From assembly GCF_009914755.1 (NCBI RefSeq), contig NC_060934.1: a DNA stretch of 64,000 nucleotides. One strand, written 5' to 3'. Below, in pieces: positions 1 to 17,560 of the stretch. Within the stretch, counting starts at the first letter, position 1. Each line of letters starts with the position of its first letter. The translations under genes were made by a program, and so were the position numbers. Origin of the DNA: the human T2T-CHM13v2.0 reference genome, Homo sapiens. The notes below the pieces were generated by a model. That model was not told the DNA's origin, made no database searches, and was given only the letters and a program-made list of their open reading frames with translations.

Positions 1-1581
1 GAATGGCTATTTCACTCAGCAGTACAGACTGGCAAATGCACCTCAGGTACAGAAAACCGAATGGAGCAAGAATGAAAATGGGGAAGATCCAGAGTATGCT
101 ATAATGTGCATTTTTAAATGCAAACACCTCCTATGGTGAACCTCAGCCTTGGTCTCCTCCAATCAATTACTGACTTAACAATCAGAAAGATGCTATTAAA
201 GCATACATTTTATTATGTGGTTTTTCCTGCTTAAAATCCCCTGGTTTTTAATTCAACTTTCAATCAACGCCATTATCCTTAACATGGTAAGAGCCACTAC
301 ATTTTCTAGACCTTTAGCCCCTCACCCCTCACACTTTCCCATCTTCCATGATTTTGACCAGGCTTTTTCCCCCCAACTACTTTGAACAATCTTTCTTCCT
401 TTTCTGCTTGGATAGCTCTTACTTGTCCCTCAGTTCACCATTTAGAAATAAGTTTCTCTAGCAAATATTCTCTTTGCCTTAAGATTAGGTTAGGAGCTCC
501 ACCTCTATTACCTAGGCCCTTTGTACTGAGGACCTACGTTTTAACTACTAATTTTCTTGACTGATAGCTAAACCAGCCTGAAAACTCGAAGAAAGCAGTA
601 AATTTGTTTTGTTCACCTTTGTATCCCCAAAGTCTTTGCATCCCCTAGGACAGCATGAATTTAACAACACCAGCAGGAGACTTGGCATACTATACATACT
701 GAAGACATGTTTGTTAAATAAATAACTTAACTAATTAATTAATTGACAGATGAATGGTGGAATAGATGAAGGAATAATTGTTCTCTCCCTGGCCAGTATT
801 TGCCTTATTTAGATTTGTTAATGTTTATTGCTGAGTTCAATTATGGAAGGGATACAGAGTCTGGAAAAGTATGCTAAAAACATTCAAGTTGTGGACTGCA
901 GGTGGAAAAATGGCTACTTTTTTTTTTTTCCAAAACATACCTTATAGACCAACTGAGTCAGTATTAAATGAGGTGGTTGCTTAAAAATGCAGATTTATGG
1001 ATCAGCCTAATCTACTGAATCAAAATGTTCAGGACTGTGTAATTTATAGTTAAAAACTTAAAAAAGAGGCTTGATACAGAGATGTCATTAAAAAGGAGAG
1101 TTAGATTACTAGAAGATGGCTTTTGTGTATTGAATGTGAAAAAATACAGAATAATGGGTATAAACAATATTTGTAAAATAGAGGGGAAACCAATTTGTAA
1201 CTCTCTATATTTTTTCTGTGTGTACACATTTATGTTATATATGTATAACCCACACAAATTCATATATATATATGTATTTTTTGACATTTGTGTGAACACA
1301 AAGATAAATGTGAAATAAATTTAATGCTGAGTACTCTGGAGGCACAATGTGGGAGATTATTAACTTTTGCTTCATAAACTATTGTATTGTCAACTGTTGG
1401 AATAAACAGAATATTACTTTTGTAAATTAAAAAACTATTAAAAAGTATATTTTTAATTTCTTACAAATAGATCTTTCTGCCCTTAATTTTTGGGATATCT
1501 TTAAAGTAGGCTTGCCACATAAAATACAATATGCAATATTGGAGAAATAATAAAAATTTATTCATTGTTTATCTGAAATTA

Positions 1582-1995
<414 letters not shown>

Positions 1996-4002
1996 CTATT
2001 AAATAAAACAAAAAAACAAAAAAATTCACGTAAGTTTTGACGGGCTACTGTAAATGAAGGTAACAGTTAACAAATTATGGTATTTTTCTAACCAAAAATT
2101 ATTTGGCCCTCTAAGGAGGAAATGACAATGACAATACAATGCAAAATTTAAAACATGAAAAATATTATACTTTAATATTCTTCATTTAAAATTAACATAA
2201 CAAAAACGGATAATGTCATTAGCAATAACAATACTATGTTATGACAGAAAACTCATAAAAATACTGAATCTTTGTCTTATGATTTTAATAGGTTTTGAAT
2301 TCTAAAGTGAGAAAAAATTTTGTTTGTAATTCATTTAACATAATCTGCCGAGTGACAATTTAAGATTATGTAGGTTTTTGCTCACTGTATATATTCATTT
2401 TATATTTATATATGTTTAGTAATAATGTTACACATTATGTTTGTTTATAATAAATAATATTTTATTATGTTATGCTGTTATTTATGTGATAATGTTTATT
2501 ATAATAAACATTAATCATATTTACCATAAATAATATTTATAAGTATAACCTGACTTAATCCTCATGATGTTGTTATGAGTAAATATTATTAATCTCATTT
2601 TACAAATGAGAACACTGTGGCTTATGGAAGGTTACACAAGAAAGAAATATCTCAGTGTCCCAGTTCTTAACACAATACTTCATATATAAAAGTACTTAAC
2701 AAATGCTTGTGGAATTAATGAACATTAGATGAAATAAAACAGATTTGAAACTAAATCTGTTCCAAAAGTCAAATAGGATTAAAACTACAGTAACTGTAAT
2801 GTATGTGCAAGGGACTCTTTTTCAACATTAGAATATACATCTCTGCATAAGTAAGAATGTTTGATACCATAATATACCTATATTTACTGAAAATTTGAAG
2901 TCATGTAAAATCACTTTGCATCAAATAAAATGAGAAAATATTGAGTAAATATTCATCAAATGAAATGTAATAAGAATTAATCTTAGCTAAAACTCAATTG
3001 TGATACTAATTATGAATCTCACTATCAGCTACTGTATATTTTGTTTTGAAAAGTTCCATGTAAAAGAAACTGAAATAAATCTTAGAAACTGTAAAATATT
3101 ATATAATTATGCCCCAAACTGTCAACAAGGAAAGGAAGGAAAACAAGACACTTGGCTGCCTTATGAGCCAGGGACACAAAAATCACTCGAGGTCCATAAA
3201 GCGTGGAATGCAATATGATGTATTTTAACAGCACATATGCAGTGGTATATCCAGTTTTACAGGCAATGGTAAAGCATGCAGAATGGGGATGCTGAATATT
3301 TGCATCTTCTTTGAAACAAGAATGTCTAAGATGTGAAAATCATGTTTACAACAGTGCTCCTATATGTCATAATGCCAAGCATTTCAGCAGGATTTGTCTC
3401 TTTGACTCATCAAAACACAACTGCCCCTGGGAGTTTGACATCTCTGAGGTTTAATTCTGAGAAAAGATAGAAGAATTGCAGAAATACCTGAAGAGAAAAA
3501 ATACGGTGACAGAGTAGAATAGTTTCTGTTGATATAGTTTCTTTTACTTTTATACTTTGCCTAGAATTTGTCTTACGAATTATTGACAAATCAGTCAAGC
3601 TGATCATTCTAGTGAAAACAACCAACACTGCCTTCTCCCTTTTTCACCAAAAAAAGAGGGTGATCTCTTTTTTTGGTCTGAAATTACTCATCAAGTAAAT
3701 AGATAAAATTGTAAGCCAAGAACAAAATATAAATATGTTTTGTTTCATAATAATAATACCCTTAAAAATTTCAGTCACTTTTTCTGTCTATGGAATATCT
3801 TAAGATCAAAAAAACTAATCATTTATGCAATTAGAAATTTAAATGACTCTTGTTCAAGTTGTTTTTATTGACCCATATAATTGAATATTTATTATGGTAG
3901 AATGGCTCAATTTGACTGATGTGGCTGTGTGTCCGTGTGTTTTATACATGTCCAGCTGCTTAACTATATATCCACTAGGAAACATATCTAAACATATCTA
4001 AA

Positions 4003-4790
<788 letters not shown>

Positions 4791-4869
4791 TATATGTGTG
4801 TGCACATGTGTGCAAGTGTGTGTATACTGCCATATATAAATATATAGCAATCTATATTTTAGGATGGGA

Positions 4870-5167
4870 TTTTTTTTTTTTTTTTGAAACAGGTCTTGCT
4901 CTGTCACCCATGCTGGTGTGCAGTGGTGTGATCTAGGCTCACTGCAACCTTCACCTCCCAGGCTCAAGCAATCCTCCCACCTCAGCGTCCTGCGCAGCTG
5001 GCACTACAAGCACATGCCCCCAGGCCTGGCTAATTTTTTGTATTTTTATCAGAAACGGGGTTTCCTCTTGTTGCCCAGGTCAGTTTTGAACTTCTGGGCT
5101 TGAGCCATCCTCCCCCTTTGGCTTCTCAAAGTGCTGAGATTACAGGCATGAGCCATCTCACCTGGCC
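4870..5167 (-). mobile_element. AluJ
   Basis: Poly(T) plus diverged Alu body with J-type 'ggctcaagcaatcctcccacctcag'. Confidence 0.9.
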
Positions 5168-5414
5168 GGATAGGAGTTTTTAGAGAAAATATCCAAGCAG
5201 ATATTCATTAAGCAGACTGACAGTAAATGCTAAATGGGGCATCCTCACCAATAGAGTTTCAGAATTTTAAATAATCAGTTTAAATTGGTATAAATTACGA
5301 TATGTCAAGTACACACACATTTTGACTGAATCTATGACAACTTAATTCACTGAATTCAAAGCTACCATGACAAGAAGTATATTTGATGCTTATGGAAAAA
5401 AAGACTACAATATC

Positions 5415-7749
<2,335 letters not shown>

Positions 7750-9779
7750 GACAATATCCCCCAGAAAGCTACTCTAAAAATTTTAAGGTGACTGAGACAC
7801 ACATCTAATGGAAACAAAGGGAATAGAATATAAAATGCAGAGCTATTTCCTTATCTATTCCTATGTCCCCATTAAATTAAGGAGCATAAATAAGGTGATG
7901 TAAGTTAAGCAACATGAGCTGGCTAAGCAAGGCAGTTTTACTTCTTTACTATTCTAGATGAACATGTAGATGTTAAACAAGATAACCAAACATAGAATCC
8001 CTTATTATCAGCAGTACTGTCAAGAACTTTGCATTGATGTTTAATATTTAGTCAAGCAGCTCAGTGTATGATGCTATAATGAAAATATATATTTTCCTAG
8101 AAATCAATTAAAAGTTAATTAAATTTGTTAATAAGAAAAATAACACATCTCTTTTCCCCTTGTACTACATCAAAGCAATGAACAGTAATAGCTGCAACTT
8201 TATAATCATCTGTCCATGGTTAACACATTTTTGTAATATACACCTTACTATGGGGCCTGATTTGTGGCTACTAATTTGTGAATGCATATTGCTGGGAAAT
8301 TGGCTGATAGCCTGTAGTCAAATAAAGACCTCACTGGACAGAACTTTGAATAATTGCCAGAAACACCACTTGCAAACCTTATTCATTAACACCAAAGTTA
8401 GAGTATATGAAAGACAACCAAGTAATTACTTAAGAAAAAAGTCAAGGGAATTTATTGAACCAAAGTTTTTTGTATAATTTTTGAGAAGCGATTTTATAGC
8501 ATGCCACTTGAAAAGGGAAAAGGGAAATATATTTCTTAAACACTAAATTCATTCCCCACCCCTTTTTTTCTCATTATCTTCTTAGAATGGTCTGTTACAC
8601 AATTCTTTCCATCCATAAAAGTGGAAGTCCATTACTGGGTTTGCTACCCTGGGGGTTACCAGTCCTGTAGAGAAGACCTTAAAGCATGCCTGTATGGGTG
8701 GAATATACTAGGATAAAACCTCAAAGAACAGGTTGATGTTTGCACTCCTTCCACTGAGAAGTCCCTGGGTAGGTTACTTGTGTAATTTACAATGATTCAT
8801 TTCCATTTAAAATATGTCAAATATCCATTCAGATTAATTATTTAGATAGAAAATTTTATGACAAAAATCAGCCCCAAGGAAACAACTTGAGGACAAAACC
8901 AAAATGTTATAGCTATTATAAAGGTGTGAACTACCATGTAGCACCTAATTGGCCCAGTGTGAAGCTGAGAGAGTGCTTTGCTCTACCTTTTGCTTGTCCT
9001 TTACAGCGATTTAAGAGGTCGTGTACATCTTTCTCACTTTGAAGTGGGAACCATAAAAGCTGTTGATCAGGGAGGTTGGGCAGTGCATCCTTCATGACAT
9101 TATTAGTGAAAATACATTTTTAAAATTATTATCTATTAACTTCAAAAAGATGTACAATAGTTGTCTTTTTTTTTTTTTTAAGGAGCTGAGCTATTTCAAG
9201 GGCTGTGATTATTAGTGTAAAAGGAGACAAGCAATTTAAAGACTCATAATGCAGGTAAATTTTTTCACTCTCCACACAAATGCCTCATAATCATTATTGA
9301 ACAATGGCAAGTAGACTTACTGGCCAGAAGATAACTTGCATAACTTGAATTAAAATCACTAAAAACATAACCAGAATGAATAGCTTTTCATTCTAGTCCC
9401 TAGAAATCTAGTCCCTAGAAAACACATATTTAACACAAATAATTTCTCAAGGGGTCAGCTATTATTCTAAGATACACAATAAACTACATTTTATCCTAGC
9501 ATTCAAGGCTCTACCTGGTCTTGTTCTAACCTATCTTTATGCATTTATATCCCTCAGACTAACTCTCTGACACAAACTCTGTGTTTTAGTCAAAGGAGTC
9601 TATTTATGGTATGAATCACCACCAAGAAACTCTCAAGTGTCAGTGGTTTGTTACCACTGATGTTTCTTTCTCGCCTATACAGCACCCACTGTGAATTCCA
9701 AATCCAGCTTTACTCTATCTTGTCTTTACTCAGAAGAGAAGCTAAAGGAGCAGGCTTCATTGGAATATGAAGCTCATGT

Positions 9780-9975
9780 GGTGCAAGAAGAAAAAAAGAC
9801 ATGAGATAGCCAAGCTGCAGCTTTTAACGCTTCTGCTTGGAGGTCAACGTATCACCTATACTCCTGCTTCATCGTTGAAGGCAAATCACATGACAAGGCC
9901 GATGTCAAGGGGTGCAGAAATTCCATTCCCTCACACAGTGGGACAGTGATAAATCAGAAACACTTTTACAATGTA
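9780..9975. mobile_element. Old MLT1 (J/K-like) LTR fragment
   Basis: Motifs 'gcttctgcttggagg...ggcaaatcacatgacaaggcc...tcaaggggtgcag' resemble old MLT1. Boundaries uncertain. Confidence 0.45.
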
Positions 9976-11524
9976 CTACCCTGGTTTTCCTTGAAATGAC
10001 CATGCTCTCCCTCACCTTCCCTGATATAGGTTTTTTTTTGTTTGTTTTTATTTTCCCCCAATCCAACTTAAACGTTCAAAACCTAGCTTCAGTTCTACTT
10101 CATCTGGGAAACCTCTTCTTTCCATCCAGCCTTCTGGTCCCTCTTGCACATAGCAAAACTCACTTTTTATTGCTATTTAAGTATGCTACGCAATTAAATA
10201 ATTGGCCTAAAAATCTGTGGTGTATCCATGTATTATGTAATAGGAGACACTGTTAGAGAAAAGAATCTGTAAATTGTTTTGTGGAGTGTACAATGTATGA
10301 GAAGTGGAAAGTTGGAGCACAGATGGAAATATGGTAGAGAAGGAAAAAAAAAAAGATAGCAAGCAAATAAAAATAAACAATATTCCTGTAGTTGGGTGTT
10401 ATTTAACGCAAATGAACTGAAGGTGTCAAATTAAATAAGACAGTTTAAGCTGTTCCAACATAACCTGCAGGCCTCTTACTAAGTAAGCATTAGGAAGAAA
10501 CTTTGCACTAAAAACCTTTACATATTCAGTTCTCATGTTAATGGTAAACACTTGAAGATTATGACATCAATGCTTCAGGAAAAGAGTTGTTGTCATGTTC
10601 ACGCTCATACAGCAAAGAAAGAAAGTAATGTTGTTTCATGTTCATTAAATGTATTTACATAGTAAGGCTGTCTTTTCCCTTTTTCAAATATTCCTTATAG
10701 TGCTGAAAACGAAGAGGAAAACCTGGGAGGACTCATTTCATATTTCCCCACCATTGCTTAGTATTTGATAATTATGCAGTATAGGTTGAGTGTGTATATA
10801 CCTCTTTATGTGATGGTAAAAAAAATTATATATTAAATTATATTTAGTTTTCCAACCTCTTCTTACTTCTATTTCTCCAACTTCTTCATTCTCATCTTTT
10901 TCTCTGTGGGCGAACATATTCTTACCACTAAATCTAAGTGCATTTTGCCATACTAACCATGCTATTTCATGTCTGCTTTATCCAGTCATAAAATCTTCCC
11001 CTTATTTCCAAAACTGATTATTCTTCAGCCCCAGTATCACCTCTCAGAAGCATCTGAGTAAGCTAAATGCCTCATCTTCATGCTCCTGAAGCTCATTGTA
11101 TGTTTCTTTACCACATGCCCTATTGCTTTTTTTCTGTCATTTTTTAATAGCCCACATGAAATTAAGAATTCATAAGGACAGGATGGCTTATTTATATCAT
11201 ACAATGCCTGCTTTATTTTTCTTTTTGCAATGACATAGGTTAGATATGCAATAATTTCTGCCAAAATTTCTTCTGAAGCTATTTCCATTTTTCAATTACA
11301 TATCATTCCCACCCCAACCACCCAAACACATGAAGAAATAAAAATTGCCAATTAGTATTTATAATTTTGTCTTAAAAGAAGGTATGTTTTCTGTTTATTA
11401 GAAGAAATATAAGAAAATAAGACACATTTTGTTCTTTAAATAAAACTTAAGTGATCACATAACTACTTATTAAACTTTGTCCTTTTGTTACATTTTATTG
11501 CTTTCTTGTTTTCAATTTTGTCAC

Positions 11525-11906
11525 TATATTAGTCAGTTTTCACAATGCTATAAATAACTTCCCAGAAACTGGGGGATTTATAAATGAAAGAGGTTTAATT
11601 GACTCAGTTTCACATGGCTGGGGAGGTCTCAGGAAACTTACAATCATGGTGGATGGTGAAGGGGAAGCAGGCACCTTCTTTACCTGGTGACAGAAAAGAG
11701 TGAAGAAGGAACTCCCAATCACTTATAAAACCATCAGATCTAGTAAGAACTCACTCACTGTCATAAGAAGAGCATGGGGGAAGCCTCCCCCATGATCCAG
11801 TCACCCCGCTCCTTGGACAAGTGGGGATTATAGGTCCCTCCCTCAACACATGGGGATTACAAATCGAGATGAGATTTGGGTTGGTACACACAGCCAAACC
11901 ATATCA
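11525..11906 (-). mobile_element. THE1 (THE1D-like) solo LTR
   Basis: tatattagtc...cagccaaaccatatca termini and a perfect 5-bp TSD gtcac (11520-11524 / 11907-11911). Confidence 0.9.
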
Positions 11907-14027
11907 GTCACCTAGAATTCTTTAAGGAAATCTATTTCTAGGTCAGTTTTAAAGTAAGTACAATATATATACCTATTTTTGTATAATTAAATATATTAGT
12001 TTAACTTTTAACAGTCTATTCTAGCATTGCTTAACCTTTTTCATTATCAACTCCTGTCAAAAGAGGATTTTAAGATTTTTTTCTTTCTAATAGAACCCTT
12101 ATAAATTTGTACTTCCACAGATATATTTATGTATGTATATTATCCATGCTTTATACATAAGAAAAGTAAGGTTTTCTTGTCTCCCAAAACCTGATTTTCC
12201 ACATTGGAAATGATCTACCACCGTTGAGAATGCATGCTCTAGCCAAAAGAGAGTCCTCTGTAACTTCCTTATATACCATAAACATTTCCACATAAGCATT
12301 GTTCTTTCAGCACTCATTACAGTGGCATCACTTTCTAAAATGTCTGTCCATATTACTATATGGGGCAACTCAGGGTATCTCTGAGCTTGTACTCAATACT
12401 CATCACTTCTTAAGTAATGAAATAAGGGAAAAATACCATCTCCATGAATTGCATTTTATGTGATAATCTGCTTAGCCCAGGCCTTCCTATTTATTTGATT
12501 ATGCTTACATTTTCTGCCAAGTTATAACACAAAGTATTGTGGTTTGTTTTCTGAATAACTATTTTAAATAGTCTTCTCTATGCTTATTGAATATGTGACA
12601 TTTTGCTTATCAGGTGTTTTTATAGGTCCTATATACTAATCCAAGTTTTAATTTTCTTTTTTCTAGTATTCTGTTGGGTTCAATATAAACATGCCCATGC
12701 CCTTCTCTGAAGAGTCAAGAGTAATCTATACCTTAAGCATTGTCCTTCTGTCACAGGGCTTTTCATTATATTACATTGTCTCACAAATCATTTTCTTGTA
12801 TCATTTCTAGAAAAAAAATTCTTAACTGGAAACTGAAAAGAATGTGACAGCCAGATTGGATTCTCTGTGAAATTCTATACAATTAAATTTTCTGGATAAC
12901 ATTCAAGTAAAGGATTAACAGAATTGTAAGTAAAACAAGAGCAATAAAAATGCCTCTGGCTAATATAATAACTATTTAATGAGAGAAAAATATCTCTTAA
13001 TTTCCCAATACTATCAATCATTTCATTTGCTGAATATAAGCTCACGTTTTTCCCAAACAATACCCATAAAATTAAAGGTGTTTTTCTCTATTTTACACAC
13101 ATTGTCACAATTTGACCTACCTTGATAACATCACAGGGATAGAGCCAGATATAGGTTCCAGTTTTATTTTATCATCACTCATTCCTTGAGCTAGTTTAGT
13201 AATTTTCAGCTGTTTCATTACCTTAATTTGGGATGTCTCCAAATTGGTTGATTTAAAAATGTATGTTAGGTATTCATTTTGCTGACAACAATTCACTGAA
13301 GTAACTGAGGATCATGTTTTCTAATGTCTTGTCCAACACAGTAATTTAAATTAGGAAAACAGAATTAATTGGAAGAAACAACTTATGTTTCTCTATTTAC
13401 TCCCTGGTACTGCATTCATTTGTAGAGAAAAAGAGCTAAGATGTACACAATGTGAAACTGCCTTTTGAATTAGAAGTTATGAACTCAGATTCTGCTGTGT
13501 CCTTCCTTTTCCAGCTGCCTTTCTTCAGATATACTTTCCTAGTACCTTCCTGTGTGCTACTATGTAAATAGTAGGTAACTATTTTAGAATCATTCCTCAG
13601 CAGCAGGCTTTATGAAAAGTGCTGTCAGTTTGTTTTCTTTAATTGTGGTGTAAACAGTACTGCTGCTTACCTTAATATTAATTATATACACACATTTTTA
13701 GAAGTTACAGATATATAAAAGGCCCAGGTACTTTATTAACATCCTTTTTTCTTTCTGGTAAAGGTAAAATAAGCCAGATTGGAGATTAAAAAGTGTAGGA
13801 AACTTCATTTGGATGCCATTCCTTTGTTAATTGTTAGCATGTAGGCAATAAGAGGAATATTTTAATATCAATTGGCCAAGCAGAAATTTGCCTGAGAATA
13901 ACAGAATGTTTTCAATGACATGTTATTTATGGAGTGTAACTGTTCCACAGGAGCAGTCTAGTCAGTAGAATTAAATGATACTGTATACTAGAACTGGAAT
14001 CTGAGATAAAATAGAAGTGGTAAGTTT

Positions 14028-16518
14028 ACAGGCACACTCTGTTTCATTGCACATGGCTTTATTGTGCTTCACGGACGTTGCATTTTTTACAAATTGAAGG
14101 CTTCTGACAAAGATGCCTTAAGCAAATATATTGGCACCATTTTTCCAACAGCGTGTGCTCATTTCATGTCTCTGAGGCACATTTTGGTAATTCTCAGAAT
14201 ATGACAAACTTTTAAATTACTACTGGATCTGTTATGGTGATCTATGATTAGTGATCTTTTAAGTTACTATTGTGGTTGTGTTGGGGTGCCGCAGAACACA
14301 CCATATGAGAGCAAATTTAATTAATAAAGGTTCTATGTATACATTTTTTTGACACATGGTCCAAGATGAGATGGTGTATGTGTTCTGATTTCTCCACCCA
14401 CTGACCATTCCCCCATCTTTCTCACTTTCCTTCAGCCTTCCTATTCTCTGAGACACAGTGAAATTAAAATTAGGCCAATTAATAACCCTACTATGTATGG
14501 GCTCTAAGTGTTTAAGTGAAAGAGTTGTGTGTCTCTGATTTGAAATTAAAAGCTAGAAATGATTAAGCTGAGTGAGAAAGGTAGGTCAAAAGCTGAGAAA
14601 GCTTAAAAACTTGGCCTCTTGTGCCAGTTAGCCACATTGTGAACGCAATGGAAAAGATATTTCATAAATTAAAAGTTCTACTCCAGTGCAAACACAAATC
14701 ATAGGAAAGTAAAACAACCTGATGTGAAGCTGATGTGAAGAAAGTTTGAGTGGTCTGGATAGAAGATCAAACTAGCTACAACATTCCCGTAAGCCAAAGC
14801 CTAATCTGGAGCAAGGCCTTAACTCTCTTCCTTTCTCTGGAGCTTGAGAGAGGGGAGGAAGCTGCAGAAGAAAAGTCTGAAGCTAGTAGAGGTGGGTTCA
14901 TGAAATTTAAGGGAAAAATAAAAAGCCATCTCCATAACATAAAAGTGCAAGGTGAAGCAGCAAGTGCAGATGCAGAAGGTGTTGCAGCTAGTTATCCAGA
15001 AAATCCAGCTAAGATATTTGTAGAGGGTGGCTACGCTAAAAAAACAGATTTCCAATGTAGATAAAACAGTTTTCTATTAGAATATGCCATCTAGAACTTC
15101 CGTAACTTAAAACAGAGAGGTCAATGCCTAGATTCAAGGTTTCAAAGGATGGGCTGACTTTCTTGTTAGGTGCTAAGAGCTGGTGACTTTAAGTTGAAGC
15201 CAATATTTATTGACCATTCTGAAAATCCTAGTGCACTTAAGAATTCTGTTAAATTTACTCTGTCTGTGATCAATAAATAGAATAACAATGCCTCAATAAC
15301 AGCATATATTTATGGAAGCATAAACTATGTTTACAGCATAGTTTAGCAAGTATTTTAAGCCCATGGTTGAGTCCTACTGCTCAGGAAAAAAAAAAGACTT
15401 CTTTCTAAACATTACTGCTCATTGAGAATGCACCTGGTCACTCAAGAGTTCTGATGGAGATGTAAAAGGACATCAGTGTTGTTTTCTTGCCTGTTAACAC
15501 AACTTCCACTCTGCAGCTCATGGATAAAGGAGTAAATTTGAGGTTTTCATCTTATTATATAAGAAATAAATTTCATAAGATTATAGCTGTCATTGATAGT
15601 TATTCCTCTGATGGATCTGCGCAAAGTGAACTAAAAATCTTATGGAAATGATTCACCATTCTAGATGCCAATAGCAACATTTTTGATTCATGGAAGGAGG
15701 TAAAAATATCAACATTAATAGAAGCTTGGAAGAAGTTGATTTCTTCCTTCATGAATGACTCTGAGAGGTTCAAGAGAGGTTTAAGACTTCAGTTGGATGA
15801 AGGAATTGCAGATGTGGTAGACATGGTGAGAACTAGAATTAGAGGTGGAGCCTGAAGATGTGAGTGAATTGCTGTAATCTTATGATAAACTTGAACAGTT
15901 GAGGAGTTGCTTTTTATGGAAGAGCAAAGAAAGTGGTTTCTTGATATGACACCTACTCCTAATGAAGATGCTGTGAACATTGTTGAAATAGCAACAGATA
16001 ATTTAGAATATTTTATATACTTTGCAGCAAGGATTAAGAAGATTGACTCCAATTCTGAAAAAAACTTATTTAGCTACAATGCTATCAAACAGCATCACTA
16101 GCTACAGAAAAAAATTTAATGAAAGCAAGAAGTATTCAATGCAGCACAATTCATTGTTGTCTTATTTTAAGAAACTGACACAGACATCCCAACTTCAGCA
16201 ACCACCCTCCTAATCAGTGAGCAGCCACCGACAGTGAGGCAAGACCCTCTATCAGTATAAAGATTAAGACTTGCTGAAGGTTCAGATGATTGACAGTATT
16301 TTTTTAAGCCATAAAACACTTTAATTAAGGTATGGACACTGTTTTTCAGACACAATGCTATTGCAGTATGGAGTATACTTAATGGAGTATAGTATAGTGT
16401 AAAAATAATATTTATATGCACTGGGAAACCTAAAACCTTATGTGACTCGCTTTGTTGCAACATTTGCTGTATTACTGTGGTCTGGAAGAGAACTCTCAAT
16501 ATGTCTGAAATATGCTTG
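14028..16518 (+). mobile_element. Tigger1 DNA transposon, near full length (~2.5 kb), transposase decayed
   Basis: caggca...tgcttg termini flanked by TA. ORF 14750-15064 ([26 protein letters not shown]...EASRG) is a pogo/Tigger transposase fragment. Confidence 0.92.
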
Positions 16519-17109
16519 TATTAAAAATGTGTATTGCTTTGAGAAACAGAAACTCTACAACCTATCTACCAAGAATATTTGCAGATGATAAAGAAAGAAG
16601 TTATTGACTTATTTCAAACTTAAAGTCTGAGGAGTCTAAATGGAGACTGAAGTTACGTCTAACATGACAAGTGTGAACCACTTTGATTTGGTTTGCCCAG
16701 AGGAAACATTACTCCTGCTACTTTCATAAAGACTGATTGCTTTTGACAGAAATCTGTCTGTGCAGAGTTGGATGAGTATGATACTGAGAAGTCATAAAAC
16801 CATTAGAAAAGACTGGGCTCAGAGGATCTCCTCATAAAAATGTTCACATAGAAGGAATAAGACAGTGAAAAAGAGGCTGTATTTGCTATATATCCACGTT
16901 TTGAATTATGACACACATAGGGAATATTTCCAGAGCTTGGTTTCAGAAATCCCAATGAACTAATTCTTCTGAGATATCATAAACTAAATAGTGGGAAAGC
17001 AAGCCAAAGAAATACTGTCTGATTTATTTATTTTGCAGACTGCACTTAGATTTTTTAAAAAAGAGCCTCTCACTTTGATTCTTGTATGACTTGAAGAAAA
17101 AGCTATACT

Positions 17110-17560
17110 GTATAAAGGTGTTTGCAGGTGGGTTCTCTGGCAAGCAGACAATGAGGCAGCGATTAGTTGCAAGAGTTTTGTTGGGGTATGCTTTGGGGGT
17201 CAACATTTTTGGAGGGCAAAGGACAAGACCAGAATTGGATTCAGGGAGAAAGTCAAACTACTGTGCAGGGTCAACTACAGCCTTGGCCAACCCAAGGAAG
17301 GAGCTGCAGAATTGCAATTGCATGTCACAGTTTTTCTGAGCTGGGGTAAAATGTCCAGCATTTTACACTCAGGCATCAGTCAGGATATGGGCTACACTGA
17401 AATGGGTGTGACTATGGGCAAGGGAACCTTCTGTAGATAAGGTCATCTCTAAAGTGGCTAGCAGCTGTACATCCCTCTTTACTCCTTCATCCCTACATCA
17501 CTCCAAAAAGCCAAGACATTCAGCTCTACCTTCAAGGGAGATCTGCTTGGCACACAGTCT
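17110..17560 (-). mobile_element. LTR16-family (ERVL) LTR, degraded
   Basis: 'gggttctctggcaagcagacaatgag...gattagttgcaagag' matches the reverse-complement LTR16-type 3' end. Boundaries approximate. Confidence 0.55.

Noticed and set aside
8986-9260. Plus-strand polypyrimidine tract with CAG at 9006 and a possible donor near 9255, as an antisense exon
   Set aside because: Splice-like motifs occur often by chance in 64 kb, and there is no ORF or other support.
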